A stretch of DNA of 63,304 nt, the filler included, from Chiloscyllium plagiosum (taxonomy: Eukaryota): assembly GCF_004010195.1 (NCBI RefSeq). It is 7 parts of one record of this genome, joined end to end, with 100 filler letters (N's around TTAATTAATTAA, not from the genome) between each part and the next. Parts side by side here need not be neighbours in the genome. Positions count along the whole stretch, not along the records: positions 1 to 26,109 come from NC_057710.1; 6 more parts are not named here. One strand, 5' to 3'. The notes beneath the pieces are model-generated. The model made no database searches and was not told the DNA's origin. It saw only the letters and a program-made list of their open reading frames with translations. Positions 1 through 12,034 of this stretch are shown here, piece by piece. Within the stretch, counting starts at the first letter, position 1. Every line of letters starts with the position of its first letter. The position numbers were made by a program, and so were the translations under genes.

Positions 1-145
1 CCCACCCTCCTCTAGCCTATCTCTCCACGCTTCAGGCTCTCTGCCTTTATTCCTGATGAAGGGCTTTTGCCCGAAACGTCGATTACGAAGCTTTTCGGAT
101 GCTGCCTGAATTGCTGTGCTCTTCCAGCACCACTGATCCAGAATC
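1..145 (+). mobile_element. Penelope-like element terminal repeat (pLTR), family A
   Basis: Same sequence (ctgatgaagggcttttgcccgaaacgtcgat...ggatgctgcctgaa...ttccagcacc) terminates RT/GIY-YIG-coding elements at 15362 and 56571. Confidence 0.8.
48..85 (+). ncRNA. Minimal type I hammerhead ribozyme motif
   Basis: CUGAUGA (53-59), A, stem II GGGC-UUUU-GCCC, GAAAC, GUC cleavage triplet (78-80); stem I weak; layout typical of Penelope-associated hammerheads. Confidence 0.7.
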
Positions 146-2045
146 CCAACTCCTGTACTCAATACTCTGATCAATAAAGGAAAGCATACCAAATGCCTTC
201 TTCACTATCCTATCTACCTGCGACTCCACTTTCAAGCAGCTATGAATGTGCACTCCATGTCTCTTTGTTCAGCAACACTCCCTAGGACTTACCATAAGTT
301 CTGCAAAGATTTGTTTTCCGCAAAATGCAGCACCTCGCATTTATCTGAATTAAACTCCATCTGCCACTTCTCATCCCATTGGCCCATCTGGTCAAGATCC
401 TGTTGTAATCTGAGGTAACCTTCTTTGCTGTCCACTACGCCTCCAATTTTGGTGTCATCTGCAAACTTACTAACTGTACCTCTTACTAACGGTAAATGGC
501 AAAAAGTAGAAGACTCTGCACCGATCCTTGTGGCACTCCACTGGTCATAGGCCTCCAGTCTGAAAAACAACCCTCCACCACCACCCTCTGTCCAAGTGGC
601 TAGTTCTCCCTGTATTTCTTGAGATCTAACCTTGCTAATCAATCTCCCATAGGGAACCTTGTCGAACGCTTTACTGAAGACCATATAGATCACATCTACC
701 ACTCTGCCCTCATCAATTCTCTTTGTTACTTCTTCAAATAACTCAATTAAGTTTGTGAGACATGATTTCCCATGCACAAAGCCATGTTGACTATCCTTAA
801 TCGGTCCCTGCATTTCCAAACACATGAACACCCTGGCCCTCAGGATTCCCTCCAACAACCTGCCCACCACCGAGGTCAGGCTCACCGGTCTATAGTTCCC
901 TGGCTTGTCCTTACCACCCTTCTTAAACAGTGGCACCACGTTTGCCAACCTCCAGTCTTCTGGCACCTCACCTGTGACTATCGATGATACAAATATCTCA
1001 GCGAGAGGCCCAGCAATCACTTCTCTGGCTTCCCACAGAGTTCTCGGGTACACCTGATCAGGTCCTGGATTTATCCACCTCTACCCATTTCAAGACATCC
1101 AGCACTTCCTCCTCTGTCATCTGGGCATTTTGCAAGATGTCACCATGTATTTCCCTGCAGTCTATATCTTCGATATCCTTTTCCACAGTAAACACTAATA
1201 CAAAATGCTCATTTAGTATCTCCCCCATTTTCTGCGGGTCCACACAATGACCGCCTTGCTAATCTTTGAGCGGCCTTATTCTGTCCCTAGTTACCCTCTT
1301 GTCCTTAATGTGTTTATAAAAGCCCTTTGGATTCTCCTTAATTCTATTTGCCAAAGCTAACTCTTCTAAGAATTCATTTGATCTATCCTGTCTGTACCTT
1401 ACATATGCTTGCTTTTTCTTAACCAAACCCTCAATTTCTTTAGTCATCCAGCATTCTCTATACCTACCAGCCTTTCCTTTCATCCTGACATGAATATACT
1501 TTTTCTGATTCCCGTTTTCTCATTTCTGATGGCTTCCCATTTTCCAGCCATCCGTTTACCTGCGAACATCTGCCTCCAATCAGCTTTCGAAAGTTCTTGC
1601 CTAATATCGTCAAAATTGGCCTTTCTCCAATTTAGAACTTCAACTTTTAGATCTGGTCTATCCTTTTCCATCACTATTTAAAATAAATAGAATTATGGTC
1701 GCTGGCCCCAAAATCCTCCCCCACTGACACCTCAGTCACCTGCCCTTCTTTATTTCCCAAGAGTAGGTTAAGTTTTGCACCTTCTCTCGTAGGTACATCC
1801 ACATACTGAATCAGAAAATTGTCTTGTACACACTTAACAAATTCCTCTCCATCTAAATCTTTAACACTATAGCAGTCCCAGTCTATGTTTGGATAGTTAA
1901 AATCCCCTACCACAACCACCTTATTATTCTTACAGATAGCTGAGAACTCCTTACAAGTTTGTTTCTCAATTTCCCTCTGACTATTAGGGGGTCTATAATA
2001 CAATTCCAATAAGGTGATCATCCCTTTCTTCTTTCTCAGTTGCAC
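146..2045 (-). mobile_element. CR1 LINE ORF2 remnant (endonuclease C-half, linker, RT), frameshifted and internally deleted
   Basis: ORFs 1674-2045 (YYRPPNS, VVGDFNYPNIDW, SDHN) and 289-1053 (VPEDWRLANVVPLFKKG, NYRPVSLTS, SKAFDKVP, KFADDTK). Confidence 0.93.
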
Positions 2046-2589
2046 CTAATTATTATACTGCCCTCATTTGTACCCAAAAATCAACAGGAATGGGGCTATA
2101 GACAAAACAACGTAGGAAGTTCCATTGGCAAAGAGCCAAAGGAAGTCCTCGGACTTAGAGAGGTGGAAGTTTTTTTAAATTCACTCCTCAGATGTTGGTG
2201 TCACTGGCTGGCCAGCATTTGTTTCCCCATGACGGGATTTGAACCCAGTACCCCAGGACATAAGCTGAGTTTTTTGGAATCTAGTGGTAATAACACTTAG
2301 CCGTCACCTCCCCTTGTGATAACCTGCACAAGCCCATGGGGATTCACTCAGGAATCTCTCGGGGAGCTCGATTGTTAGCACCCTTGGTAACAGGCAATGG
2401 CCTACCTAGCTGGAACTTATGACCTGAGCTTTTTTTATAAAGCAGATCCAGGGATAGGACTACAGAACTGTCTGTCCAGGATGGGGACAGCTTATGTATG
2501 CCATGAGTAGTGTTTTTATTTTCATTTTCAGCAATAAATAATGTACCTTTTCAGCTGGGCTTTCCACATTTTACAGCTCTCTTCACACC

Positions 2590-2885
2590 TCGATAGGTAC
2601 AGCTCCATTAACACTCAAGAAACCCGGCATCATCTAGGACAAAGGTGCCCGCATAGTTGGTATCACATCCACAAGAATCCATTCCCTCCACCAGAGACGC
2701 TCAGGAGCAGTGTGTACTATGTACAAGATACACTGCAGATATTCAGCAAAGGTCTCCGGCCAGCACCTTCCAAACCCACGACCAATTCCTTTTCGTAGCT
2801 CAAGGGCAACAGACATATGGGAACACCACTATCTTCAAGTTCCCCTCCAAGCTACTGACCATTCTAGAACAATACCATGCTCACT
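2590..2885 (+). mobile_element. 3' fragment of a CR1/L2-clade LINE (second family)
   Basis: CTMYKIHC...QHLPNPRP...WEHHYLQVPLQ; same family at 11367-11805, ~5140-5238 and (minus) ~3545-3690 (ILGISIDQTLNWTIHIN). Confidence 0.65.
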
Positions 2886-3061
2886 ATACCTAAAAAGTCC
2901 ATTCTTCTCAAATTGCAAATACATCCCATCCATAAGAATCTTCTCCAATAATTTCTCTGCCACCGATGTAGAGCTCACAGGCCTATAATTTCCTGGATTA
3001 TCCCTGTTTCCCTTCTTAAACAGAGAAACAACTTTAGCTATTCTCTTGTCTACTGGGACCT

Positions 3062-3430
3062 TGTAGAAATTTATAAAATAATGAGAGGCACTGATAGAGT
3101 TAATGGTAGTTGTCTTTTCCTTAGGATGTGGATTTTAAGACTAGGGGGACATGTTTAAGGTGAGAAGAAAGAGGATTAAAAAAAGGCATGAGGGGCAAAT
3201 GATTTATGCAGAGGGTGGTTCACATGTGGAATGAACTTCCTGAGGAAGTTGGGGATGTGTGTACAATTACAGCATTTAAAAGACATTTGGATAAGTACAT
3301 GAATAGGAAAGGTTTTGAGTGATATGGGCCAGGAACAGACAGGTGGAACTAGTTGAGTTTGGGATTATATTCGGCATGGACTAGTTGGACTGAAGGGTCT
3401 GTTTCTTTGCTGTATGACTCTATGGCTCTA
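3062..3430 (+). mobile_element. CR1 3' end fragment
   Basis: Degenerate YKIMRG/QRVV/WNELP coding stretch followed by 3' UTR ending in tatgactc-type repeats. Confidence 0.8.
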
Positions 3431-4094
3431 TAATGGATATGGGGGGGGGGGGGGGGTGTGGGGGACGGATTAGGGTATTGAGCTGGATGATCAGCCATGA
3501 CCATACAGATTGTTATCCCTGCTCCTTTCATCTATGTTTCAATGATTTGTAGTCTCTGACTTGCTCTTGTGGCTATTTTATTTATATGGATAGTCCAGTT
3601 CAATGTCTGGTCAATAGAAATCCCCAGGATGTTGATGATGGGAGATTCAGTATTGGTAACTCCACTGAATGTGTGGTGGAAAGGTTCAATTCTCTGTTGT
3701 TGGGATAGTGAGGCTGGGACCTGTGGAGAAGACTGAATCATTTTTTCAGGGATAGTGTCCCACCACTCTCCATCACCATCCTTGGGCCTACCCTGGCCCA
3801 GCAGCATAGCAGAATTAACAGGGAAGGGTGTCAGAGTGTTACACAGTCAGGAGAGGGATTCCCCACAAAATCCTCAACTTTTACTTTGGACCCCCAGTAA
3901 TCTCACGATATCAGATCCATCATGGACAAGGATCCTTCAAAACCCTCACCCAACTTAGAAATCAATCAGCCACCATGTTTACAGTTGTCAAACCACACAG
4001 TAGTCAGGGAGCATTGGATATCATTGTAACCATCCTGTCTGTGCTGACTGCCATTAAGAGCAACTATAAAACTATCCTTCAAACCAGGAAGCAA

Positions 4095-4225
4095 GAGTTC
4101 TAAAGAACAGTCTCACTGGACCCTAATGTTAACTCAGTTTCTCTTTCCATAATGCTGCCAGACCTGCTGAGTTTCTCCAGCACGTTCTATTTTTGTTTCA
4201 AATTTTCATGATCTGCAGGATTTTG
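4095..4225 (+). mobile_element. Penelope-like terminal repeat, family C, with decayed hammerhead
   Basis: gagtt-ctaaaga...aatgtt-aactc (stem I gagtt/aactc intact) then gctgccagacctgctgagtttctccagc; relatives at ~51640-51760 (+) and 52695-52790 (-). Confidence 0.6.
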
Positions 4226-4389
4226 ATGTTACATCCAACTACGGGACAGGTAGCCTATCTTCTGACATGTGGAAAATGCAAGAATCTATTTGAATAGGTA
4301 CCAACAGTATATTTCAAAACCTGTCAAATGTTAGACAATCACCATGGTTGAATGAAAGAGACATGAGGTTCTACTAACTTGCTTGAGTG

Positions 4390-5030
4390 TGTTTGGTATG
4401 CTTTCCTTTATTGGTCAGTTCATTGAGTATAGGAGTTGGGAGGTCATTTTGAAGCTGTACAGGACACTGGTTAGATGTCTTTTGGAATAATGCATGCAAT
4501 TCTGGTCACCCTGCTATAGGAAGGATGTTGTGAAACTTGAAAGGGTTCAGAAAAGATTGATAAGGATGTTGCCAGGGTTGGAGAGCTTGAGCTATAGGGA
4601 GAGGCTGAATAGGCTGGGGCAGTTTTCCCTGGAGCATCAGAGGCTTAGGGGTGACCTTATGGAGGCTTATAAAATCATGAGGGGCATGGACAGGCTAAAT
4701 AGACAAGGTATTTTCCTTGAGATGATGGATTACGAAATTAGAGCGCATACGTTTAAGGTGAGAGTGGGAAAGATTTAAAAGGGACCTTCGGGGCAACTTT
4801 TTCACACAGAGCGTGATCCATGTGTAGAATGAGCTGCCAGAGGAAGTGGTGAACGCTGGTACCATTACAACATTTAAAATGCATCTGGATGGGTATATGA
4901 ATTGGAATGCTTCAAAGGAGCATGGGCCAAATGCTGGCAAATTAGACGTGATTAGGTTAGGATATATGTTTGGCATGAACAAGTTGGACCAAAGGGTCTG
5001 TTTTCATGCTGTACATCTCTATGACTTTGA
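4390..5030 (+). mobile_element. CR1 3' portion (ORF2 C-terminus and 3' UTR)
   Basis: QFWSPCYRKDVVKLERVQKR...RLRGDLMEAYKIMRG and ctctatgact tail. Confidence 0.9.
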
Positions 5031-5249
5031 TGTGGAGAAAGGGGAAACAGTAGATGTGGGATACTAACATTCCCAATCAGCTTTCCATCTTTGCAACATG
5101 GGTGCCACTGGCTGGGGCAAAATTTATTCCCATCCAAGCTGCTCTGTGTCACTGGATCAAATTCTGGAATTCCCTCTCAAACATCACTGTGAGCATCCCC
5201 GCTACACACAGACATTAGCGGTTCAAGGAGACAGTTCTTCACACTTTCT

Positions 5250-5545
5250 CCATGGTTGAAAAGTGTAGCGCTAGAAAAACACAGCAGGTTAGGCAGCATC
5301 CGAGGACTAGAAGAGTCGATGTTTCAGGCGTAAGCTCTTCATCAAGAATGTGGAGTTGGAGCTGGAGCTGGAGAGAAGGTAGCTGGGAAGACGATAGGTA
5401 GATGCATGGGAAGGGTAATTCTGATAGGTCGGTGGAAAGGGTGGAGCAGATAGGTGGGAAAGAAGATGGATAGGTCAAGAGAGCCGTGCCAAGTTGGAGT
5501 GTTGCATCTGGAATGAGGTGGGGGAAGGGGACATAAGGATACACG
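5250..5545 (-). mobile_element. Penelope-like terminal repeat, family A
   Basis: gaaaaacacagcaggttaggcagcatccgagga...gatgtttcaggcgtaagctcttcatca plus purine-rich flank as at 15362-15700. Confidence 0.75.
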
Positions 5546-5576
5546 CACCCAACAATCCCACCATGGCAAACCAGTT

Positions 5577-5664
5577 CCCTATCCCAGAATCTCTAGGCGA
5601 AGCTGATGGGGTCTTCCTTACCCTATCCCAGAATCTCTAGGCGAAGCTGATGGGGTCTTCCTTA
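5577..5664. repeat. Perfect 44-bp tandem duplication
   Basis: ccctatcccagaatctctaggcgaagctgatggggtcttcctta occurs twice head-to-tail (5577, 5621). Confidence 0.95.
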
Positions 5665-6049
5665 TCCTCCCCTATGTGGTGAGGACTACAGTCTTCATCT
5701 CATCAAGGGTCCTCTCCAATAGTTGGTCCTCGGGGAGGGCTGAATGTTCCACTGGTCCAAGACACATGGTGATTAATTTGTTTGCTCCTCAGTGTCCAGT
5801 CTGTGCATGATAGACCGTTGGTGGATCTCTTCAAGAAACATGGGTCTGATGTGGAATCAAACAGTGTCAGCTTTTCAGTGATGTCTGCCAGTTTGCTGGC
5901 TGGAATGGATGTTGTGTATGTCATGTGATCACCTGCTGTTTGACAGTGAGTGACCACAGCATCCGTGGGCCCTGGTTTCAGCTGTGGCTCAGGGGTGGGG
6001 ATTGAGGCCTGGATAGAGTAGACTTTGGGAAGATGTTTCTATTGGTAGG

Positions 6050-6335
6050 AGAGATGAGGACCCAAGGGAAGTAAAGGGAAGACCTTTTAGAACGGAGATA
6101 AGGAAAAACTTCTTTAGCCAGAGAGTGGGGAATCGATGGAATTCACTGCCACAGAAAGCTGTGGTGGCCAGGTCATTGAGTATATTTAAGATGAAGATGG
6201 ATAGTTCTTGATTGTAAAGGGGTCAGGGATTACAGAGATGTGGAGGAGTGGGGTTGAGCAGCTTATCATCCATGACTGAATTACAGCACAGACCTGATGG
6301 GCTGAATGGCCTAATTTCTATTCCTGTACCTTATG
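6050..6335 (+). mobile_element. CR1 3' end fragment
   Basis: FRTEIRKNFFSQRV..WNSLPQKAV-like coding remnant and gatgggctgaatggcctaa 3' stem motif. Confidence 0.75.
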
Positions 6336-6344
6336 AAGGCACCG

Positions 6345-7577
6345 TGTTATAAAGTTGAAGGTGTGTACTATACCTTTAAGAGAGAGTGAATGCTGTTGTG
6401 AAGTGAGAGATTATAAGCGCTTGTGTCATATGACTAGAGAGCAGTATTGGAGTGTAATGGAAATTTGAAAATATGTAACAATTGGATGTGAAATGGATAC
6501 CTGAGTTGGTTACTGCTTTCACAACAATTCAACTTTAACCAATCAGTTTAAATTATGAGAAAGTGAGAACGGCAGATACTGGAGACCAGAGTCAAAAAGT
6601 GTGGTGTTGGAAAAGCACAGTTCGTCAGGCAGCATCCAAGGAGCAGAAGAGTTGACATTTTGAAATAAGCTCTTCATCAGGAATGTCCACTGAGTTTAAA
6701 TTAAGCCCCAGGGTATGAGAACAGCATCGAGTTTGATTTTCTTGTTTTTGTCAACATCGAACCAATGAGATGATCTGATATTGGGAATATAAAAAAGGTA
6801 GACATTTTGAAAATCAAACACAGCAACTGCCATCAATACAAATCCAAGAAATTAGGAAACACTGTGTATCAAAGGTACCTTTTCCTATGAAGCATATTCA
6901 CAGTAAAAGAAAGAAGACGACCCAGGGAGATCTTCAGCTGGAAGAAGAGACATCGAAGATGATAACTGCTGTATGGTTTGGAAATTAAGTTGATGTAATT
7001 TTAATAAGTGTTTTAGATTAGATTACTTACAGTGTGGAAACAGGCCCTTTGGCCCAACAAGTCCACACCGACCCGCCGAAGCGCAACCCACCCATTCCCC
7101 TACATTTACCCCTTTATCTAACACTATGGGCAATTTAGCATGGCCAATTCACCTGACCTGCACATCTTTGTGACTGTGGGAGGAAACCGGAGCACCCGGA
7201 GGAAACCCACACAGACACGGGGAGAATGTGCAAACTCCACACAATCAGTCGCCTGAGTCGGGAATTGAATCCGGGTCTCTGGCGCTGTAAGGCAGCAGTG
7301 CTAACCACTGTGCCACCGTGCCGCCCATATGTTTTATGGAAACAATATATCGTTATAGAGTTGGAGACAGGTAATAAGCAGATAAGAGAAGGGGGGCGCT
7401 TAGAGTAGTGAATAGTTGTTTCATGTTCACGTTTAGGGTTAAAAATAAATTGATATTTTCTTTAAATAGTGGAATTTGGGAGTTCTCTGTCACTCATTTT
7501 AACAGATTGTGAGGCACGGTGAGCTTTTCTGGGTGTTTGGTTTAATTAACAATAGGATTCACTGTGGTGTTGTAACA
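6345..7577 (+). mobile_element. 5' LTR of Gmr1-like Gypsy element (interrupted by a pLTR at ~6556-6690 and a SINE at 7016-7329)
   Basis: Begins TGTTA, ends TGTAACA; followed by atttggggctcaggtctgagatttg resembling a tRNA-Pro primer-binding site; homologous LTR piece at 50988-51610. Confidence 0.8.
7016..7329 (-). mobile_element. HE1-type tRNA-derived V-SINE, full length
   Basis: Reverse strand GGCGGCACGGTGGCACAGTGGTTAGCACTGCTGCC head, V-core GGAGTTTGCACATTCTCCCCGTGTCTG..TTTCCTCCGGGTGCTCCGGTTTCC, CR1-like tail; 7-bp target duplication tgtttta (7009-7015, 7330-7336). Confidence 0.92.
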
Positions 7578-10500
7578 ATTTGGGGCTCAGGTCTGAGATT
7601 TGGACAGGTTTAAACAGATCCAGTCTGAGATTTGAACTGCGAAAGATCACAGCAGATTTAAATACTTGCCGCTTAGTGTCCTAGATCTTTAAATAAAATG
7701 TAGGTTTTTATAACTGAGAGAAATGGCTCTTAATGTCACTGAAGAGGTTCTAGGCTTTGAAGATGTTTCCCAAATTTGCCAAACAAATTTAGAAAGGCAG
7801 AGGAATACTTTTAGAATTAGCAAATAGGTTAGAGTTGAATTTAACCAGGGACAAAAGAAAAGCTGAAATTGTAATTGAGTTGGTCAAGCACTTAGGTGTA
7901 TCAGAGAAACAGACAAGTGTAGTAGAGTTAGAAAAACTTAAATTTAATTAAGGCAAATGGAGTTACAACATAAAGAGAAAGAAAGGTGAAAGAGAGGAAA
8001 AGGAAGGGAGAAAAGGTTCTTAGCTGAGCAAATGGAGAGTGAAGAAAGAGGAAGGGAGAGAGAATTTGAATTTAAGAAGTTGTCAATTAGTCAGGAAAGT
8101 CAAGTTAATGGGATGGAACTGAAGAGAGAAGGTAATGATGTGTACAAATATGTTAAAATATTGACACATTTTAATGAAAAAGATGTTGAAGCCTTCTTTA
8201 TTTCATTCGAAAAATTAGCTGGGCAGATGGAGTGGCCGGAGAACTTCTGGGTAATGCTAGTTCAGACTAAACTGGTAGGCAGAGCTAGTGAGGTATTGAA
8301 GAGGGGTCACAAGATTATGCAGGTGTCAGCAGGCTATTTTGAGTGTTTATGAATTTGTACCAGAAGTGTGCAGACAGTGGTTCAGAAACATAAAGAAGGA
8401 ACCAGGTCAGGCTTATGTTGAGTTCGAAAGAATTAAACATAGTAATTTTGGCAGATGGGTTCAGGCCTTAAAAATAGATAAGATTTATGAGGCTCTAAGA
8501 GCGATTATTCTGCTGGAGGAGTTTCCACCATGACAAAACAAAGAGTAGGACACAGCGGTAATTGTTTACCACAGATATAAAAGTAACCCCAAGTCAATGG
8601 AAAGGATGTTAAAGGCCTCTGGTGTTTTCACCGTAATGGAATACGACACAATATTATAGTGCTGATGGTTTAAGAAGGGCACTGGGAAAAGGTGTTTCCA
8701 CTGTGGTAAACTGAGACATGTAAAGTCACAGTGCTGGTCGTTGAAGCAAGGCACTTTGAGAAAAGATGTGGTAAAAGAGGCTAGGCCAGTGGCATTATTG
8801 AAATTAGTAAAAGAAACCCCAAGAAATGTCAAGGAGCTGCAGGAGAGTGCACAGCCTAGACAGGGACTGGGTATAGAGTTAGTGCTTGAGCTCTATAAAG
8901 ACCTCCCATCTATGCGTAAAATTTACTCAGAAAGAACAGGGGGAGAATGGAAAGACATTTTTGAGAGATAAGGGATCTAATTAGTCTCTAATAGTAAGAG
9001 ATAAATGTTACCCGAGAGAGTGGTAATTTGTGGAATAGATGGACAGACATTTAGTATTCCTCTGTGTAAGATCAGGTTGGAGAGCCAAATCAAGACTGGG
9101 GAAGTAACAGTGGGAGTGATTGATATGAGTGTCACTTCCAGGAATCCAGTTTGTTCTTGGGAACAGTTTGGCAGGATCCAAGGTGGGAGTGACACCTCTT
9201 GTTGTAGAGAAGCCAAATGAAAACCAGAGAACTGAGGAGTTAAAAGAAAAATACACTGGAATTCTTCCAGACTGTGCAGTACCAAGATCCCACTATCATA
9301 AGTTACAGCACGAAGCAAAAACTGAAGAGAAAGATGAAGGAGTTGAGGTTCAGTTAGCGGACAACCTATTTGAAGAAATGGTGCAGGAAAAACCTGAACA
9401 GGCAGAGGGTCAAGCAGAAGTATTTAGTTCTGAAAGGCTAATGGTCTTACAACAGAAAGATGTAACAATAAAAAATATATATATATATATAGATGCATAC
9501 TCAGAAAGGGAATCAGAATGTATTTCTGAGGGTTATTACCTTAAAGATAGAATCCTTAGACTTAAATGGAGACCACAGCAGGTTAGTTAGTGCAGAGGAG
9601 AAAAAGGCAGAAATGCACCAGATTGTGTTGCCAGTAACATACAGACAGGAACTGTTATGAATAGCACATGAACTACCAGTAGGAGATTACCTCAGTGTGA
9701 GGAAGACTTGGGATAAGGTACAAAAGCACTTCTGTTGGCTTGGACTGCACAAGGATGTGGTTAAATTTTGCTGTGTATGCCATAAATACCAAATGGTAGA
9801 TAAGCCATAGGCAGTCATAAAACCAGCACCTTTGTTCCCACATTCGAAGAAGCTTTCATGTGGGTTATGATTGATTATGTAGGTCCTCTCCAGAAAATTA
9901 AAAGTGGGAACCGGTTCTTGCAAACCATAATGGATGTGTCTACCAGATTTCTGGAGTTAAGTCCATTACAGAGTATTAAGGCAAAAGGGTGGTAGAGTAG
10001 TTAGTAGCTTTTTTCACATGGTATGGGCCACCTAGAGAGATTCAGTCAGAGCAAGGGTCTAATTTTACTGCCAGCTGTTTAAGGAAGTCATGGATAGCTT
10101 AGGTATACAGCACTTTAAATCAAATGTGTATCATCCCGAATCCTAGGGAGCTTTGGAAAAGGTGGCATCAGATCCTGAAGACCATGTTAAGAACATACTG
10201 TCAGAATTACCTGGTTGATTGGGATAAAGGTATCCAAATTGCCATTAGAGATGCCCCAAACAAATCTATTAAATTTACTCCCTTTGAGTTAATATTCAGA
10301 CATGAAGTGAGAGGGCCTTTGAAATTAATTAAAGAAAAGTTGACAGGACCGAAGTCGGAGATCTCACATTTGGATTATGTTTGTGAGGTGAGGGAGAAAT
10401 TAAGTTGGGTTGGTCAATTACCTAAACAGAACCTGAAGAGGGCACACTGTGGAATGAAGCAGGTGGCACATAAAAGCTCTAAAATTCGGATGTTTTTCCC

Positions 10501-11068
10501 TGGGGATGACGTATTATTATTGTTACCAGTGTTAGCAGATCCCTTCAGCGTCAGGTTTAGGAGTCCCTATTAAATTGAGAAAAAGTTGTCAGGTAAACTG
10601 TCTGGTAAAGATGCCATATAGACAAAAAACTATCAGGTATGTGAATATGTTGAAAACTTACTATAATAGAGACAGGGAACTGGAGAAACAGGTGTTAGTT
10701 ACTGACCCGCAGATTGAGGAATCAAATCCAGATATCGTGAAAGTTGATGTGCCTCAAAATACATTAAACAACGAGGAACTCCTTGAGGTGTTAGTGAACT
10801 TTCTGTCTCAGGAGCAAAGAACCCAGTTGAAAGGTTTGTTACAGCAGTATGACAACATACGTGGGAATGAGATGGAGAGGATTAATACTATTGTGCATGA
10901 GGTGGAAGTAGGGAATGCTGTTCCGATAAAACAACACCCCAACAGACTTAATCTTTTCCAAGCCACACAGGTCCAGAAGGAAGTGGATGTGATGCTGAGG
11001 GAAGACGTCATCAGACCGGGTCAAAGTGAGTGGAGTTCGCCAATCGTGTTAGTTCCCGAACCAGATGG
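7578..11068 (+). mobile_element. Gmr1-like Ty3/Gypsy internal region, decayed: gag (SCAN-like, zinc knuckle), protease, integrase, start of RT
   Basis: DVEAFFISFEKLA..WP (gag), IRLESQIKTGEVTVGV (PR), integrase zinc/core with FTPFELIF..VRGPL and FRSPY, then PIKQHP..SEWSSPIVLVP (RT); many stops and frameshifts; truncated at ~11068. Confidence 0.9.
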
Positions 11069-11169
11069 TAATATCAGTAAGAACAAGAGAGATAGTGGTG
11101 TATTCAAAGTGTCACTGGGCTAGGAATAGATGAGAGGATGGGTGCAGTTCCAACAACAGTCGAAGAAGT

Positions 11170-11366
11170 AGAAACTGAGGATTGCAGATGCTGGAGAGTC
11201 AGAGTTAAGAGTGTGGTGCTGGAAATGCACTGCAGGTCAGGCAGCATCTGAGGAGCAGGGGAATCGATGTTTCAGGCATAAGCCTGATGAAGGGCTTATG
11301 CCCAAAACGTCCTGCTCCTCGGATGCTGCCTGACCTGTTGCGCTTTTCCAGTACCACACTCTTAAC
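11170..11366. mobile_element. Fold-back (inverted) Penelope-like pLTR pair
   Basis: Arms gttaagagtgtggtgctggaaa...ggcataagcc and gggcttatgccc...ttccagtaccacactcttaac are reverse complements (11204-11366). Confidence 0.8.
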
Positions 11367-11805
11367 AACAGCACTCAAACCTTGACACCATCCAGGCCAA
11401 AGCAGCCTGTTTGATTGACCCCACATCCACAAGCATCCACTCTGTCCATCACTGGTGCTTAGTTGCAGCAGTGTGTACTATCTACAAGATGCACAGCAGA
11501 AATTCACCAAAGATCCTCAGACAGCACTTTCCTAATCCACAACCATTTCCATTGAGAAAGACAACGGCAGCAGATTCATGGGAACACCGCCCCCTGCAAG
11601 TTCCCCTCCAAGCCACTCACCATTCTGACTTGGAAATATATCACCATCCCTTCAGTGTCACTGGTTAAAACCCTGGAATTCCATCCACAAGGGCAACAGG
11701 TGGATTCAGAAAGGCAGTGCACCACCACCTTCTCAAGGGCAACTAGTAACGTGCAATAAAAACTGGCCCAGCCAGCAACAGCCACATCCCATAATTGAAT
11801 TTTAA
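11367..11805 (+). mobile_element. 3' end of CR1/L2-clade LINE (second family)
   Basis: IHSVHHWCLVAAVCTIYKMHSRNSPKILRQHFPNPQP...; ends aataaaaactggcccagccagcaacagccacatccc. Confidence 0.75.
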
Positions 11806-12034
11806 AAAATCAACCATAATTGAATGACAGAACAGATTCGATGGGCTTAATTCTGCTCCCACATCTTATTATCTCATGGTCATTGCTTCTGGTGAAGTAA
11901 GCATTCACTTTAAAATTCTCATTATACTTCATATCTGGTGGCCAAAATCTCTCAACTTTCAACTCTTTGTGATCTCCTCCATATATGATCTTCTGAAATA
12001 TCCTTGCTTGTCTAAATCTTAGGGCATCCAGTTT

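Noticed and set aside
5665..6000. Possible exon or short ORF (5703-5957)
   Set aside because: No recognisable product and no coherent splice-site pair.
7250..7326. tRNA gene
   Set aside because: It is the tRNA-derived head of an HE1-type SINE (likewise 52225-52300).
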